From positions 346,224 through 410,223 of the forward strand of contig JBAZWF010000001.1 of NCBI GenBank assembly GCA_041660485.1: 64,000 nucleotides of DNA, given 5' to 3'. The position numbers were made by a program, and so were the translations under genes. Position 1 is the first letter of the stretch. Each line of letters opens with the position of its first letter. Below the pieces are notes generated by a model. That model did not search any database. It worked only from the letters and a program-made list of their open reading frames with translations, and had not been told where the DNA came from. The DNA comes from Candidatus Pacearchaeota archaeon. GTDB taxonomy: Archaea; Nanobdellota; Nanobdellia; Pacearchaeales; GW2011-AR1. This document shows positions 45,321-55,064 of the stretch, piece after piece.

Positions 45321-45662
45321 ATGGTAGACAACTCAATTTATTCTAAAATTGAATATGGAGATGCAATTGTAGCAAAAAGAGAAATTCTTGAAATGCAAAG
45401 AAATTTGCTTAACACAATGCAAAAAATTGAATCTTACAAAGAGTTAAGAAAAAAAGAGTTAATGCTTAAACTAAAACTTAAAAATAATTTAAAAGAAATT
45501 CGTGAAAGATTTATTAAAATTAATAACCACGTACCACAAACAAAAGGCATAAAAAAGCCAAAAATAATTCACGCCAAAATGCGGGAAAAAGAGGTAAAGA
45601 GGAATCTATCAATTGAAGAGCAGCTCCTTGACATACAACAAAAGTTAAGCGAGCTGCACTGA
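45321..45662 (+). CDS. hypothetical coiled-coil protein
   Basis: ATG at 45321 lies 1 nt after the upstream stop, so the track start at 45294 is probably over-extended. Confidence 0.4.
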   Translation: MVDNSIYSKIEYGDAIVAKREILEMQRNLLNTMQKIESYKELRKKELMLKLKLKNNLKEIRERFIKINNHVPQTKGIKKPKIIHAKMREKEVKRNLSIEEQLLDIQQKLSELH

Positions 45663-45774
45663 TTCCTCTTAAAAATATTAATTCTTAGGATTAATAATAT
45701 ATTTTTACCAAACTTAAATAGATTATATTGAAAATTAATCAGTTTAGATTTTACTTTAGTAATAATTTTAGAGT

Positions 45775-45872
45775 CATAGATTCCAAATATTATAATAACA
45801 AGTTTTCAAAGAAAACTTGCAACCTCTGCGAGCACAAAGTGCGAGCAGTTAGTAAACATACAATAATTTTTT
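45775..45872 (+). other. alaS upstream module: TAGAT/AT-rich box, a 9-bp hairpin, a GC-rich element, then a T tract
   Basis: Box at 45775-45798. Hairpin CAAGTTTTC-AAA-GAAAACTTG at 45799-45819. TGCGAGCA occurs twice (45827-45834 and 45840-45847), or equivalently the segment 45826-45848 folds as a stem with a tandem G-A internal loop. T6 tract at 45867-45872. Confidence 0.35.
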
Positions 45873-45896
45873 AAACATCCCATTCTTACCATTTTA

Positions 45897-47675
45897 ATGA
45901 AACCAGTCTTAACTCGGCAAGAACTTATTAAAGAATATCAAGAATTTTACAAATCAAAAAACCATGCAATTATTCCTTCATCACCATTAATCCCTGAAAA
46001 TGACCCAACAGTATTATTTACAACAGCAGGAATGCATCCTCTTGTCCCGTATTTGCTTGGCCAACCACATCCTTTAGGAAAAAGATTAGCAGATGTTCAA
46101 AAATGCATAAGAACCCAGGATATTGAAGAAGTTGGTGATCCTTTTCACCATACTTTTTTTGAAATGATGGGCAACTGGAGCTTAGGAGATTATTGGAAAA
46201 AAGAAGCAATAACTTATTCATTTGAATTTTTAACAAAAGTTCTTAAAATACCAATTGAAAAACTTGCAGTATCTGTTTTCACAGGAGATAAAGATGCACC
46301 AAAAGATGAAGAATCTGCAAAAATCTGGATTTCTTTAGGAATTCCAAAAGAACGAATAGCTTATCTTCCAAAAAAAGATAATTGGTGGGGTCCTGCAGGA
46401 GAATCTGGCCCGTGTGGCCCAGATACTGAAATGTTCTTTTACACCGGTCAAAAAACCCCAAAAATATTTGATACAAAAGACAAAAAATGGGTTGAAATAG
46501 GAAATGATGTTTTAATGGAATATAATAAAACTAAAAAAGGTTATGAAAAAGCATCTCAAAAAAATGTTGACTTTGGAGGAGGTGTTGAAAGAACACTTGC
46601 AATACTTAATGACCTAGATGATAATTATCAATCATCAATTTTCCAACCAATAATAAATGAAATAGAAAAAATTTCTAAAAAATCATATAAAACTGAAGAG
46701 AATAAAAAAGCTATGAGAATCATTGCTGACCATTTAAGAGCTGCAGTTTTTATATTAGGTGACATAAGAGCAGTAAAACCTTCAAATGTTTCACAAGGCT
46801 ATGTTCTAAGACGTTTAATAAGGCGGGCAATTCGTTATGGAAAAATATTAGGTATAGAAACGAACTTCACAGCTTCAATTGCAAGAAAAATAATTCCAAT
46901 TTATCCAGATTATGATGAACTTAAACATAATGAAAAATTTATTTTAGAAGAGCTTGAACAAGAAGAAAATCGTTTTAACCAAACTCTTACTCAAGGAATT
47001 AAAAAGTTCAATGAGCTTGCTAAAGATAAATTAATTAGTGGAAAAGATGCTTTTCTTTTATTTCAATCATATGGTTTCCCAATTGAAATAACTCAAGAAC
47101 TTGCACAAGAAAAAAATATTAAAGTAAATATAAAAGCTTATCAACAAGAATTTGAAAATCATCAAGAACTTTCAAGAACAGCTTCAGCAGGAACTTTCAA
47201 ATCAGGACTTGCAGACAATTCTGAAATAACAAAGCGCCTTCATACTGCAACTCATCTATTAAACGAAGCACTAAGAAAAGTATTAAACTATGATGTAAAA
47301 CAAAAAGGCTCTAATATAACTCCAGAAAGATTAAGATTTGACTTTAACTTTCCAAGAAAATTAACAGATGAAGAAATAAAAAAAGTAGAATATTTTGTAA
47401 ATCAAAAAATCAAAGAATCTATTCCTATAATTTGTGAAGTTAAACCCATTAAAGAAGCACTTTCATCAGGAGCCCAAGGCGAATTTGGAATGAAATATCC
47501 TGAAAAAGTAACTGTCTATACAATTGCAGATAAAAAAGAAAAATGTGGATGGTGCTCAAAAGAAATCTGCACTGGCCCTCATGTAGATAATACAAAAGAG
47601 CTCGGGCATTTTAAAATAATCAAAGAAGAATCAGTTGCAGCAGGAATTAGAAGAATTAAAGCAGTATTAGAATAA
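45897..47675 (+). CDS. alaS: alanyl-tRNA synthetase, short form without a C-Ala domain
   Basis: FTTAGMHPLVPY, WWGPAGESGPCGPDTEMF, and editing-domain motifs HTATHLL and CTGPH. Only 592 aa. Confidence 0.85.
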   Translation: MKPVLTRQELIKEYQEFYKSKNHAIIPSSPLIPENDPTVLFTTAGMHPLVPYLLGQPHPLGKRLADVQKCIRTQDIEEVGDPFHHTFFEMMGNWSLGDYWKKEAITYSFEFLTKVLKIPIEKLAVSVFTGDKDAPKDEESAKIWISLGIPKERIAYLPKKDNWWGPAGESGPCGPDTEMFFYTGQKTPKIFDTKDKKWVEIGNDVLMEYNKTKKGYEKASQKNVDFGGGVERTLAILNDLDDNYQSSIFQPIINEIEKISKKSYKTEENKKAMRIIADHLRAAVFILGDIRAVKPSNVSQGYVLRRLIRRAIRYGKILGIETNFTASIARKIIPIYPDYDELKHNEKFILEELEQEENRFNQTLTQGIKKFNELAKDKLISGKDAFLLFQSYGFPIEITQELAQEKNIKVNIKAYQQEFENHQELSRTASAGTFKSGLADNSEITKRLHTATHLLNEALRKVLNYDVKQKGSNITPERLRFDFNFPRKLTDEEIKKVEYFVNQKIKESIPIICEVKPIKEALSSGAQGEFGMKYPEKVTVYTIADKKEKCGWCSKEICTGPHVDNTKELGHFKIIKEESVAAGIRRIKAVLE

Positions 47676-48131
47676 TTATTCTCCGCAAATCTCAACAATC
47701 AGCTCACTCAATGGCTTTTCAACTATTTTACTTGCTTCTTCTTCAGCTTGTTTTTGAACCTGTACTGCCCAATTATATCTTCTACTATTTTGTTCAATAT
47801 ATGAATCAATATATTTTTTATCATACCAAATATCAAATCTTGTTCTTTGTGTTTTAAACTCTCTATCTTTTCCATTTTGTATTTCTTCTTTGTTAAATCT
47901 TAAAAAAGCATCATTAAAATCTTTACAACCATTATGAACCATAAAACCAGCTATCCATATTTGTTGATGTAAATTTCTATGTTCAATACTTGGCACTTCG
48001 ACAATATTTCCAGAATCAAGAATATTAATAATTTTTGAATGATATTCTTCAACTTCTTTTCTCCCAGCACAAGGGGTTTCTTTAATCATTTGCGAAATTT
48101 CTTCAAGGGATTTAGACAATTGCTGATACAT
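47676..48131 (-). CDS. hypothetical protein
   Basis: 151-aa ORF abutting the alaS stop. Confidence 0.4.
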   Translation of the reverse strand: MYQQLSKSLEEISQMIKETPCAGRKEVEEYHSKIINILDSGNIVEVPSIEHRNLHQQIWIAGFMVHNGCKDFNDAFLRFNKEEIQNGKDREFKTQRTRFDIWYDKKYIDSYIEQNSRRYNWAVQVQKQAEEEASKIVEKPLSELIVEICGE

Positions 48132-48196
48132 GATATTAAACTATCTTTTTTGTATTTAAATTTAATCAATATATAAACTATATAATCTATCCAGAA

Positions 48197-48445
48197 TCAA
48201 TTTTCTCTTTCAATTACCTTATATTTTTTATCAAATCTTTTCTGCTTTGACCAAGAGATAAGACCTTCAACAGTTAAACCAACACCTGCCAAGAGCCAGA
48301 GCCAGTCAGAAGAAAAAGTATATCCCCAAATTACTTTCATAGCACTAAAAATAGTCATTAAAACCCCTACAAGAATAAATGCTTCATATCTAATCATATT
48401 TTCAATTCTTCCTTCAATCTGCCCTAGGGTATTTTTCATTTCCAT
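48197..48445 (-). CDS. small two-TM membrane protein
   Basis: 82-aa ORF with two hydrophobic helices. Confidence 0.4.
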   Translation of the reverse strand: MEMKNTLGQIEGRIENMIRYEAFILVGVLMTIFSAMKVIWGYTFSSDWLWLLAGVGLTVEGLISWSKQKRFDKKYKVIEREN

Positions 48446-48516
48446 AATTAATTTAATAATCTAGGGTTTTTAAACACTATATAAAATCTTTAAAACCCTT
48501 CCTTATATCTAATTAA

Positions 48517-50250
48517 ATGAAAAAAGAGTTGATAGAATTTACAAATAAAAGCAAACTTTCTCCATTTTCACAGCCAGAAATAATTATTTTACCCGATGAA
48601 GAAGATATTTTTAAAACTCGTGATGCAAAAGCAGTATATAAAAAAGTATTAACTAAAATATCTTCAAAATTTATATTTGATAATACTAAAGAGTTATGGA
48701 ATTTTTTTGCACTTACAAAATCCACAGCTGAAATAGAAAAAAGGCAAAATTATTTTCAGCAGATAAATGTAAATAAAGACAATTTATTTCTTAAAGAATT
48801 AAAAAAACCGAAATCATGGTGGAAACCAAGATATGATGTCCTGGTAGTAACTGAAAATGAAAAAACATTTTTAGAACTTAAAGAGCTTGATTGTCCTGTA
48901 AAATTTATAACTTCTCAGCAAGATGTTTTAAATCTCGAAAAATATGACCTTGTTCAGGTTATTGATTGTGAAGAATTTGGCAGTTTAATAGAAACCTTGC
49001 CTCAAAGTGTTTTTATAGACTCTTCAGAAGATGTGTATCTTGAAAGATACTTAGAAATACTCTCTAGTTGGGAGCAAAATATAAAATTAATTGAAAAAAA
49101 TCAAACAAATGAGCAAATACAAAATATTGTAACCGATTTATCAAAACTATTAATTCTTCTTTCAAATTCTACATCAGAAAAAATAACACGTCCCCAAATA
49201 GAAAATTCACTAGATTTAATTAATCAACAAATTCAAGAAAAAATAAAGGAAATGAGTATATCCGGAAGTTCACTATTTGCAATGTTAAGCAGAAATAAAA
49301 TGCCTCCAGAACTTGAAGTAATAATAACCAAAGCAATTAGTGAAAGTAAATTGCCTTTTAGTATATTTACTTCAACAATACCTGTCACAATTGATGAGCA
49401 AGAAATAGATAATATAATAAAAAGACAAAATGCAGATGAATTTACAGATTTATCAAAAGAAATTCAAAATTATTCAAAAGAATTAAAAAAAATACCTATT
49501 CAAATTGAAAATCTATCAAATCAGCTAATAATATTTGATTTTGAATCAGGCATAAGCCAGTTTATTTCAGAAAGTCATGAATTTCCAAATATATCAAATA
49601 ATTTATCCATTGAAAAATCAGAAAATATCTTTTTAGAATTTGCACAGCCAATATCATTTACTTTAGATAATAAAAACAAATGTTCAATCTTAACAGGAGC
49701 AAATAGTGGAGGAAAAACAACATTGTTAGAACATATAATTCAATTAATTGTCCTAATTCAAATTGGGCTCCCAATAAAAGGAAATGTTCAAATGCCTTTA
49801 TTTTCACAAGTATATTATTTTGCAAAAACAAAAGGTTCAGCAAACAAAGGAGCTTTTGAAACTCTTTTAACACAAATGTCTAAAATAAAACCGAGTATTA
49901 ATACACTTATTTTAGCAGATGAAATAGAAGCAGTTACAGAACCCGGAGTTGCAGGAAAAATTGTAAGTGCAACAGCAGATTTTTTTATTAAAAAAGGTTG
50001 TTTCTTAATAATTGCAACTCATCTTGGACAAGATATACAAAAAGTTCTTCCTGAAAATGCAAGAGTAGATGGTATTGAAGCAAAAGGATTAGATGAAAAC
50101 TTTGAGCTTATTGTTGACCATAACCCTGTTCTTGGAAGATTAGCACATTCAACTCCAGAACTAATTGTAGAAAAAATGGCCTCAAGTGAAAAAACAAAGA
50201 CAGATTATTTTATTTTTCTCAATGAATTTTTAAAGAATAATAAAGATTAA
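48517..50250 (+). CDS. MutS-family ATPase-domain protein (MutS2/archaeal MutS-like)
   Basis: Walker A TGANSGGKTTLLEH, the GAFETLLTQM segment (compare STFMVEM in MutS), and Walker B LILADEIEAVTEP followed by ATH. Confidence 0.6.
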   Translation: MKKELIEFTNKSKLSPFSQPEIIILPDEEDIFKTRDAKAVYKKVLTKISSKFIFDNTKELWNFFALTKSTAEIEKRQNYFQQINVNKDNLFLKELKKPKSWWKPRYDVLVVTENEKTFLELKELDCPVKFITSQQDVLNLEKYDLVQVIDCEEFGSLIETLPQSVFIDSSEDVYLERYLEILSSWEQNIKLIEKNQTNEQIQNIVTDLSKLLILLSNSTSEKITRPQIENSLDLINQQIQEKIKEMSISGSSLFAMLSRNKMPPELEVIITKAISESKLPFSIFTSTIPVTIDEQEIDNIIKRQNADEFTDLSKEIQNYSKELKKIPIQIENLSNQLIIFDFESGISQFISESHEFPNISNNLSIEKSENIFLEFAQPISFTLDNKNKCSILTGANSGGKTTLLEHIIQLIVLIQIGLPIKGNVQMPLFSQVYYFAKTKGSANKGAFETLLTQMSKIKPSINTLILADEIEAVTEPGVAGKIVSATADFFIKKGCFLIIATHLGQDIQKVLPENARVDGIEAKGLDENFELIVDHNPVLGRLAHSTPELIVEKMASSEKTKTDYFIFLNEFLKNNKD

Positions 50251-50666
50251 TTTAATGCATTTATTAATTTATCAATATCTTTTTGATCTAACTTCCCATC
50301 ACTATTAATATCATAACAAATATTAAAGTCTTCAATTTGAAGAACTCCATTAATTACTTTTTGAACATCAACCATATTAACAATTCCATTGCTATTAACA
50401 TCTCCAGCAGAATTAGTTCTACAATTTACTTTAACATCAATAAAATCTCCATTTTTAGTTGTAAATGCAATTTTATTATTTCCAGATAAAACAAATCCTT
50501 GAGTTCCAGAATCAGTTTGAGATATTGAATCAACTTCAAGATTATCAATTGCAGGAGATAAATTAATAGTTCCATTCATAGTATAAAATATAAAAAATAT
50601 AAATCCTACAAATAATAAGAAAGTTGCTAAACAAATATACATACGTTTATTATGTCCAAGCTTCAT
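50247..50666 (-). CDS. dockerin-domain secreted or anchored protein
   Basis: Two calcium-loop repeats, DVNSNGIVNMVD and DINSDGKLDQKD. N-terminal TM helix or signal peptide. Confidence 0.6.
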   Translation of the reverse strand: MKLGHNKRMYICLATFLLFVGFIFFIFYTMNGTINLSPAIDNLEVDSISQTDSGTQGFVLSGNNKIAFTTKNGDFIDVKVNCRTNSAGDVNSNGIVNMVDVQKVINGVLQIEDFNICYDINSDGKLDQKDIDKLINALN

Positions 50667-50907
50667 AAAATATTATATTTAGCTATGTTTATAATAATTG
50701 CTATTATCAAAAAGTAAGATAATATATTATAATTTTGCCAAGATTTAATATAACTTATATATTAATTATTTAATTTAAATAAATTATAATCTACGTGGCT
50801 TGTTCAGATGTGCAGATTACTAATAATGTAATCAATTTTGCAAAGCAAAACTGCACAATTAAAAAGGTTATAATAGTCTATGCTTCACAAAACTCTTCGG
50901 CCCTGCG

Positions 50908-53391
50908 CTACTCCACAAAAACAGCAGGTCTTCCAGGCTTTGCTTTTCCAGACTTATTTTCAGGGTCGTATTTGACTTTATCATTTACTGCAAAAACCTT
51001 AACTTTTTTGTTTAACCTTTTTTCAAGAACTTCAATATTATAATTTGCTAATTCATTTGGAATTACATAAAGGTAAACAGCTTCACTTTCTTTTCCTTGC
51101 TTTTCTTTAATTATATTTAAAATATTTAAAACATCTGAAACAGTTTTTTCAACTGCTTGTTCTTGTGCCTCTAATTTCAAATCAATTTTCTTTTCATCAC
51201 AAACCGGCCATTTTTCAACACTCACAAATCCTTTACCATTAATTTTCTCCCATAATTCTTCTGCAATATGTGGTGCAAAAGGAGATAATAGTTCAATAAA
51301 ACTCTCTAAATCTTTTACAGCTATTTCATTTTCCCCTTCAATTGCTTCAAATAAACCGCGAAGTTTAATTATTGCAAGATTATATCTAAAATTCTCAATA
51401 TCTTCAGTTATTTCTTTAATAGTTTTATTTACCTTGCTTTCAATTCTCTTTGATGATTTTCCTTTTTTAATATTAGGAATTTTTTCAATAACTTTATTTA
51501 TAAATTTATAACTTCCAATTAAAACTTTTTCATCCCAATTTGTATCTTTATCAGGTGAAGCAAATGACATTAATGCCATTCTTAATGAATCAGCCCCGTA
51601 TTTATCAATAATCTCAATTGGATTAATTACATTTCCCAAAGATTTAGACATTTTATTTCCATCACTTCCATGCAACATTCCCTGATTAAATAATTTTGTA
51701 AAAGGCTCATCAAATTTCAAATATCCTAAATCTCTTAATGATTTTGTGAAAAATCTTGCATAAATTAAATGCATACAAGCATGTTCTGCTCCTCCAATAT
51801 ACTGGTCAACAGGCATCCAATATTCTATTTTTTTACTATCAAACGGTTTTTTTGAATTATTATTGTCACAATATCTTAAAAAATACCAAGAACTATCAAA
51901 AAATGTATCCATTGTATCTGTTTCTCTTCGAGCTTTACCTTTACATTTAGGACATTTTGTTTCAAGGAATTTTTTATTAGTTGCTAGTGGATTGCCCTTT
52001 CCAAATTCAACCTTTTCAGGCAACTCAATAGGCAATTCTTTTTCAGGAACAGGAACAACTCCACATTTATCACAATAAATCATAGGTATAGGTGTTCCCC
52101 AATATCTCTGCCTGCTAATTAACCAATCTCTTAATTTATACTGAACAACTTTTTTTCCAAGTTTCTTTTTGTTTAAATGCTCAGTTATTTCATTAATTGC
52201 ATCTTTACTATTAACTCCATTAAACTCTCTAGAATTTATCAGCTTTCCTTCACCTGTAAATGCTCTTGACATTTTCTCTGCATTTAATTCATACGAATCT
52301 GGACTTATAACAACTTTAATAAAAATCTTATACTTTTTTGCAAATTCAAAATCTCTTTGATCATGTGCAGGAACAGCCATTACCATCCCACTACCATAAT
52401 CTGCAACAACAAAATTTCCAATATAAACCGGAATTTTTTCATTTGTCAATGGATTAATAGCATAACTTCCTGTAAAAGCTCCTTCTTTTTCAAGCTCTTC
52501 CATATCTTTTTCACTTGTTGATTTAATTTTTTTCAAAAAATAATCAACTTCTGGTTTCTGTTCTTTAGTCACAAGTTCATTTAATTTCGGATGTTGTGCA
52601 GAAACAACCATAAATGTAACCCCATAAATTGTATCTGGACGAGTTGTAAATACTGGCCAATTTACACCATTTATTTTAAAATTAATTTCAGTTCCATAAC
52701 TTTTTCCAATCCAGTTTTCCTGCATTAATTTTATTCTTTCAGGCCATTGCAATTTTCCAATATCTTTTAACAATTCATCTGCATATTTTGTTGTTCTAAT
52801 AAACCATTGTTCTAAGGGTTTTATCTGAACTTCTGTATCTCCATGCCTCCAACAGAATCCATTATGCACTTGTTCATTTGCTAAAACCGTATCACATTTA
52901 GGGCAATAATTAACACTTGCTTTTTTTCTGTAAACCAAACCATTTTCAAAAAATTTTAAAAAGAAATACTGATTCCATTTATAATATTCAGGCTCACATG
53001 TAACAACTTTTCTATCCCAATCATAACTTAAACCTAAAGCCTTTTGTTGCATCATAAAGTTTTTCATAGAATTATCTGTATATTTCTTTGGATGTTCCCC
53101 TGCTTTTATTGCAGCATTTTCAGCAGGCAATCCAAATGCATCATACCCCATTGGATATAACACATTAAACCCATTCATTCTCTTAAAACGAGCATAAATA
53201 TCTCCAATTGTATAGTTTAAAGCATGCCCCATATGCAAACCTGCTCCAGAAGGATACGGAAACATCTCTAAATTATAAAATTTCTTTCCCTTTCCATCTT
53301 TAACAGAAAATACTTTTTTCTCTTCCCATTTTTTCTGCCATTTCTGTTCTAATTTAACAAAATTAATCTCTGCCATAGAAAAGGTTATCAA
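50908..53391 (-). CDS. leuS: leucyl-tRNA synthetase
   Basis: MFPYPSGAGLHMGHA (HIGH) and KMSKSLGN (KMSKS). 827 aa. Confidence 0.9.
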   Translation of the reverse strand: MITFSMAEINFVKLEQKWQKKWEEKKVFSVKDGKGKKFYNLEMFPYPSGAGLHMGHALNYTIGDIYARFKRMNGFNVLYPMGYDAFGLPAENAAIKAGEHPKKYTDNSMKNFMMQQKALGLSYDWDRKVVTCEPEYYKWNQYFFLKFFENGLVYRKKASVNYCPKCDTVLANEQVHNGFCWRHGDTEVQIKPLEQWFIRTTKYADELLKDIGKLQWPERIKLMQENWIGKSYGTEINFKINGVNWPVFTTRPDTIYGVTFMVVSAQHPKLNELVTKEQKPEVDYFLKKIKSTSEKDMEELEKEGAFTGSYAINPLTNEKIPVYIGNFVVADYGSGMVMAVPAHDQRDFEFAKKYKIFIKVVISPDSYELNAEKMSRAFTGEGKLINSREFNGVNSKDAINEITEHLNKKKLGKKVVQYKLRDWLISRQRYWGTPIPMIYCDKCGVVPVPEKELPIELPEKVEFGKGNPLATNKKFLETKCPKCKGKARRETDTMDTFFDSSWYFLRYCDNNNSKKPFDSKKIEYWMPVDQYIGGAEHACMHLIYARFFTKSLRDLGYLKFDEPFTKLFNQGMLHGSDGNKMSKSLGNVINPIEIIDKYGADSLRMALMSFASPDKDTNWDEKVLIGSYKFINKVIEKIPNIKKGKSSKRIESKVNKTIKEITEDIENFRYNLAIIKLRGLFEAIEGENEIAVKDLESFIELLSPFAPHIAEELWEKINGKGFVSVEKWPVCDEKKIDLKLEAQEQAVEKTVSDVLNILNIIKEKQGKESEAVYLYVIPNELANYNIEVLEKRLNKKVKVFAVNDKVKYDPENKSGKAKPGRPAVFVE

Positions 53392-53415
53392 GCTAGATAT
53401 TTAAGGATTTTGGAT

Positions 53416-54513
53416 TTACTCTGACTCAAATTTTTTATAAACAATTAATTTCTCAAAATACTCCAACCAATCAAGTGCCTTTTTATTTGGCTCTCCATTT
53501 CCTACAAAAATAACTGGTAATTTCAACTTTTGCCCGCTTTTAACTGCAGCCATTATATCTGACTCACTAATCACCTTTTTATCTTTAGCAAGACATAAAT
53601 ATTTCTTATTATCTGAAGAAACAATAGCAGAATAATCTTTTTTCTTAAATTTCTCGTTTTCAACTACTATAAAATTTTCATTCTGTAAAACAGATAATAT
53701 ATTAACAACAAAAACTGGTTTTTCTTTTACCTTCACTTTTCTAACAATCTTATGAACAATAGGAACTTTAACTTCTTCTTTTAAGACTTCTTTAATTTCC
53801 TCAATAGGTTTTTCAAATATTGGTTCAATTATTTTTTCAGGAGATTCTTCTTTTATTTCAACTTGTTTTTCAATAATCTCAGGTTCTTTCACAATAATTT
53901 CTTTTTTAACAGGTTCAATAAATTCAATCCTCTTTGGTTCTTCTTTAATAATCTCTTCTTTAATCTCTTGAGCTTTTTCAGTTAAATTTTTTTGAGTTTC
54001 AATAGTTTGCTCACCAACAGGCTTATGATTAGTCTGATAAAATCTAGGTATCTGGCTGAAATTAACTCCTCCATTTTCAATCATTTTAATTGCATCTTCT
54101 TCATTTGTTTTAATAAATCTCCAATATAAATCATCATTATACTCAAACGGAAATGCAAAATCTTTTATTGCTCTTAAAGCAACTCTTATTGGAGGCAGCA
54201 TAAATCTATCTTGTAAAACCCCGTGTTCTTTTAATAAATAAAATGCTTCTCTTTCTTTTCCAGGAAGATAATTAGCATATTTCTCCAATTGAAATTCTTG
54301 CCCCCTTATAAAATAAAGCGGAGAATTCCCCACCCGAAGGTTACTTATTTTTAGCTCTTTTTCAGAAAGCAAATCTGCAAGAAATGCAGATGCTAAAAGT
54401 GAATTTAATCTTAAATGTCCTGAAATATGCACAGGCAGACTTGGCCCATTAACTTCAATAAAGTCTTTTATCTTCTCTTTTTGCACCTCAAGATTCATAG
54501 TCCTATTCTCCAT
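53416..54513 (-). CDS. hypothetical protein (possible N-terminal winged helix, E/K/I-rich linker, C-terminal globular domain)
   Basis: 365-aa ORF. The domain guesses rest on composition only. Confidence 0.35.
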   Translation of the reverse strand: MENRTMNLEVQKEKIKDFIEVNGPSLPVHISGHLRLNSLLASAFLADLLSEKELKISNLRVGNSPLYFIRGQEFQLEKYANYLPGKEREAFYLLKEHGVLQDRFMLPPIRVALRAIKDFAFPFEYNDDLYWRFIKTNEEDAIKMIENGGVNFSQIPRFYQTNHKPVGEQTIETQKNLTEKAQEIKEEIIKEEPKRIEFIEPVKKEIIVKEPEIIEKQVEIKEESPEKIIEPIFEKPIEEIKEVLKEEVKVPIVHKIVRKVKVKEKPVFVVNILSVLQNENFIVVENEKFKKKDYSAIVSSDNKKYLCLAKDKKVISESDIMAAVKSGQKLKLPVIFVGNGEPNKKALDWLEYFEKLIVYKKFESE

Positions 54514-54563
54514 AAAATTCTCAATAAGGCAAAGATTATAAAGTTTATTGTAGGAATTTTTAT

Positions 54564-54758
54564 ATGAAATGCAATAAATGTGGTAATGAAATGAATCTTA
54601 AATTAGGAGCAAAGCTTATTTCAAAGGGTTGTAAAATCCTAACTGCTATGACAACAATAGTTACAGTTCAATGTGACCAATGCAATGCACTATTTCAAAT
54701 ACCTATTACCGGGAATTCTTTTATTACAGTAAAACAAGAAAAAGAAAAAAAAGAATAA
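54564..54758 (+). CDS. small zinc-ribbon protein
   Basis: Cys pairs CNKCGN...CDQCN. Confidence 0.4.
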   Translation: MKCNKCGNEMNLKLGAKLISKGCKILTAMTTIVTVQCDQCNALFQIPITGNSFITVKQEKEKKE

Positions 54759-54765
54759 AAATTAT

Positions 54766-55053
54766 TTACTTAACTTTTTTTCCAATTAATTGATGTATCC
54801 ATAAAAGCAACCATCCAAATATATAACCAAAGATAAATGTTATAATAACTAAGAATATTGCATTTACAAAATTGAAAGTAGTTATTTGCATATAGGGAGT
54901 TAATGAATGAAGCTGAAAAAGCCAATTTAAAAATGCCTGTAAAGTTCCGGGCATAATAGCTACCATCAAAGTCCAGATTGCATGAAGTCCTGCAATAAAT
55001 GCTCCAAAAACTAACCCTGCTTGATTTTTACTTATCATTTTACCTCCTTTCAC
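54766..55053 (-). CDS. small membrane protein
   Basis: 95 aa with three hydrophobic helices. Confidence 0.4.
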   Translation of the reverse strand: MKGGKMISKNQAGLVFGAFIAGLHAIWTLMVAIMPGTLQAFLNWLFQLHSLTPYMQITTFNFVNAIFLVIITFIFGYIFGWLLLWIHQLIGKKVK

Positions 55054-55064
55054 TTCTTTTAAAA

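Noticed and set aside
50795-51043. 82-aa plus-strand ORF spanning the leuS 3' end.
   Set aside because: It is antisense to leuS and covers the structured intergenic element. There is no supporting motif.
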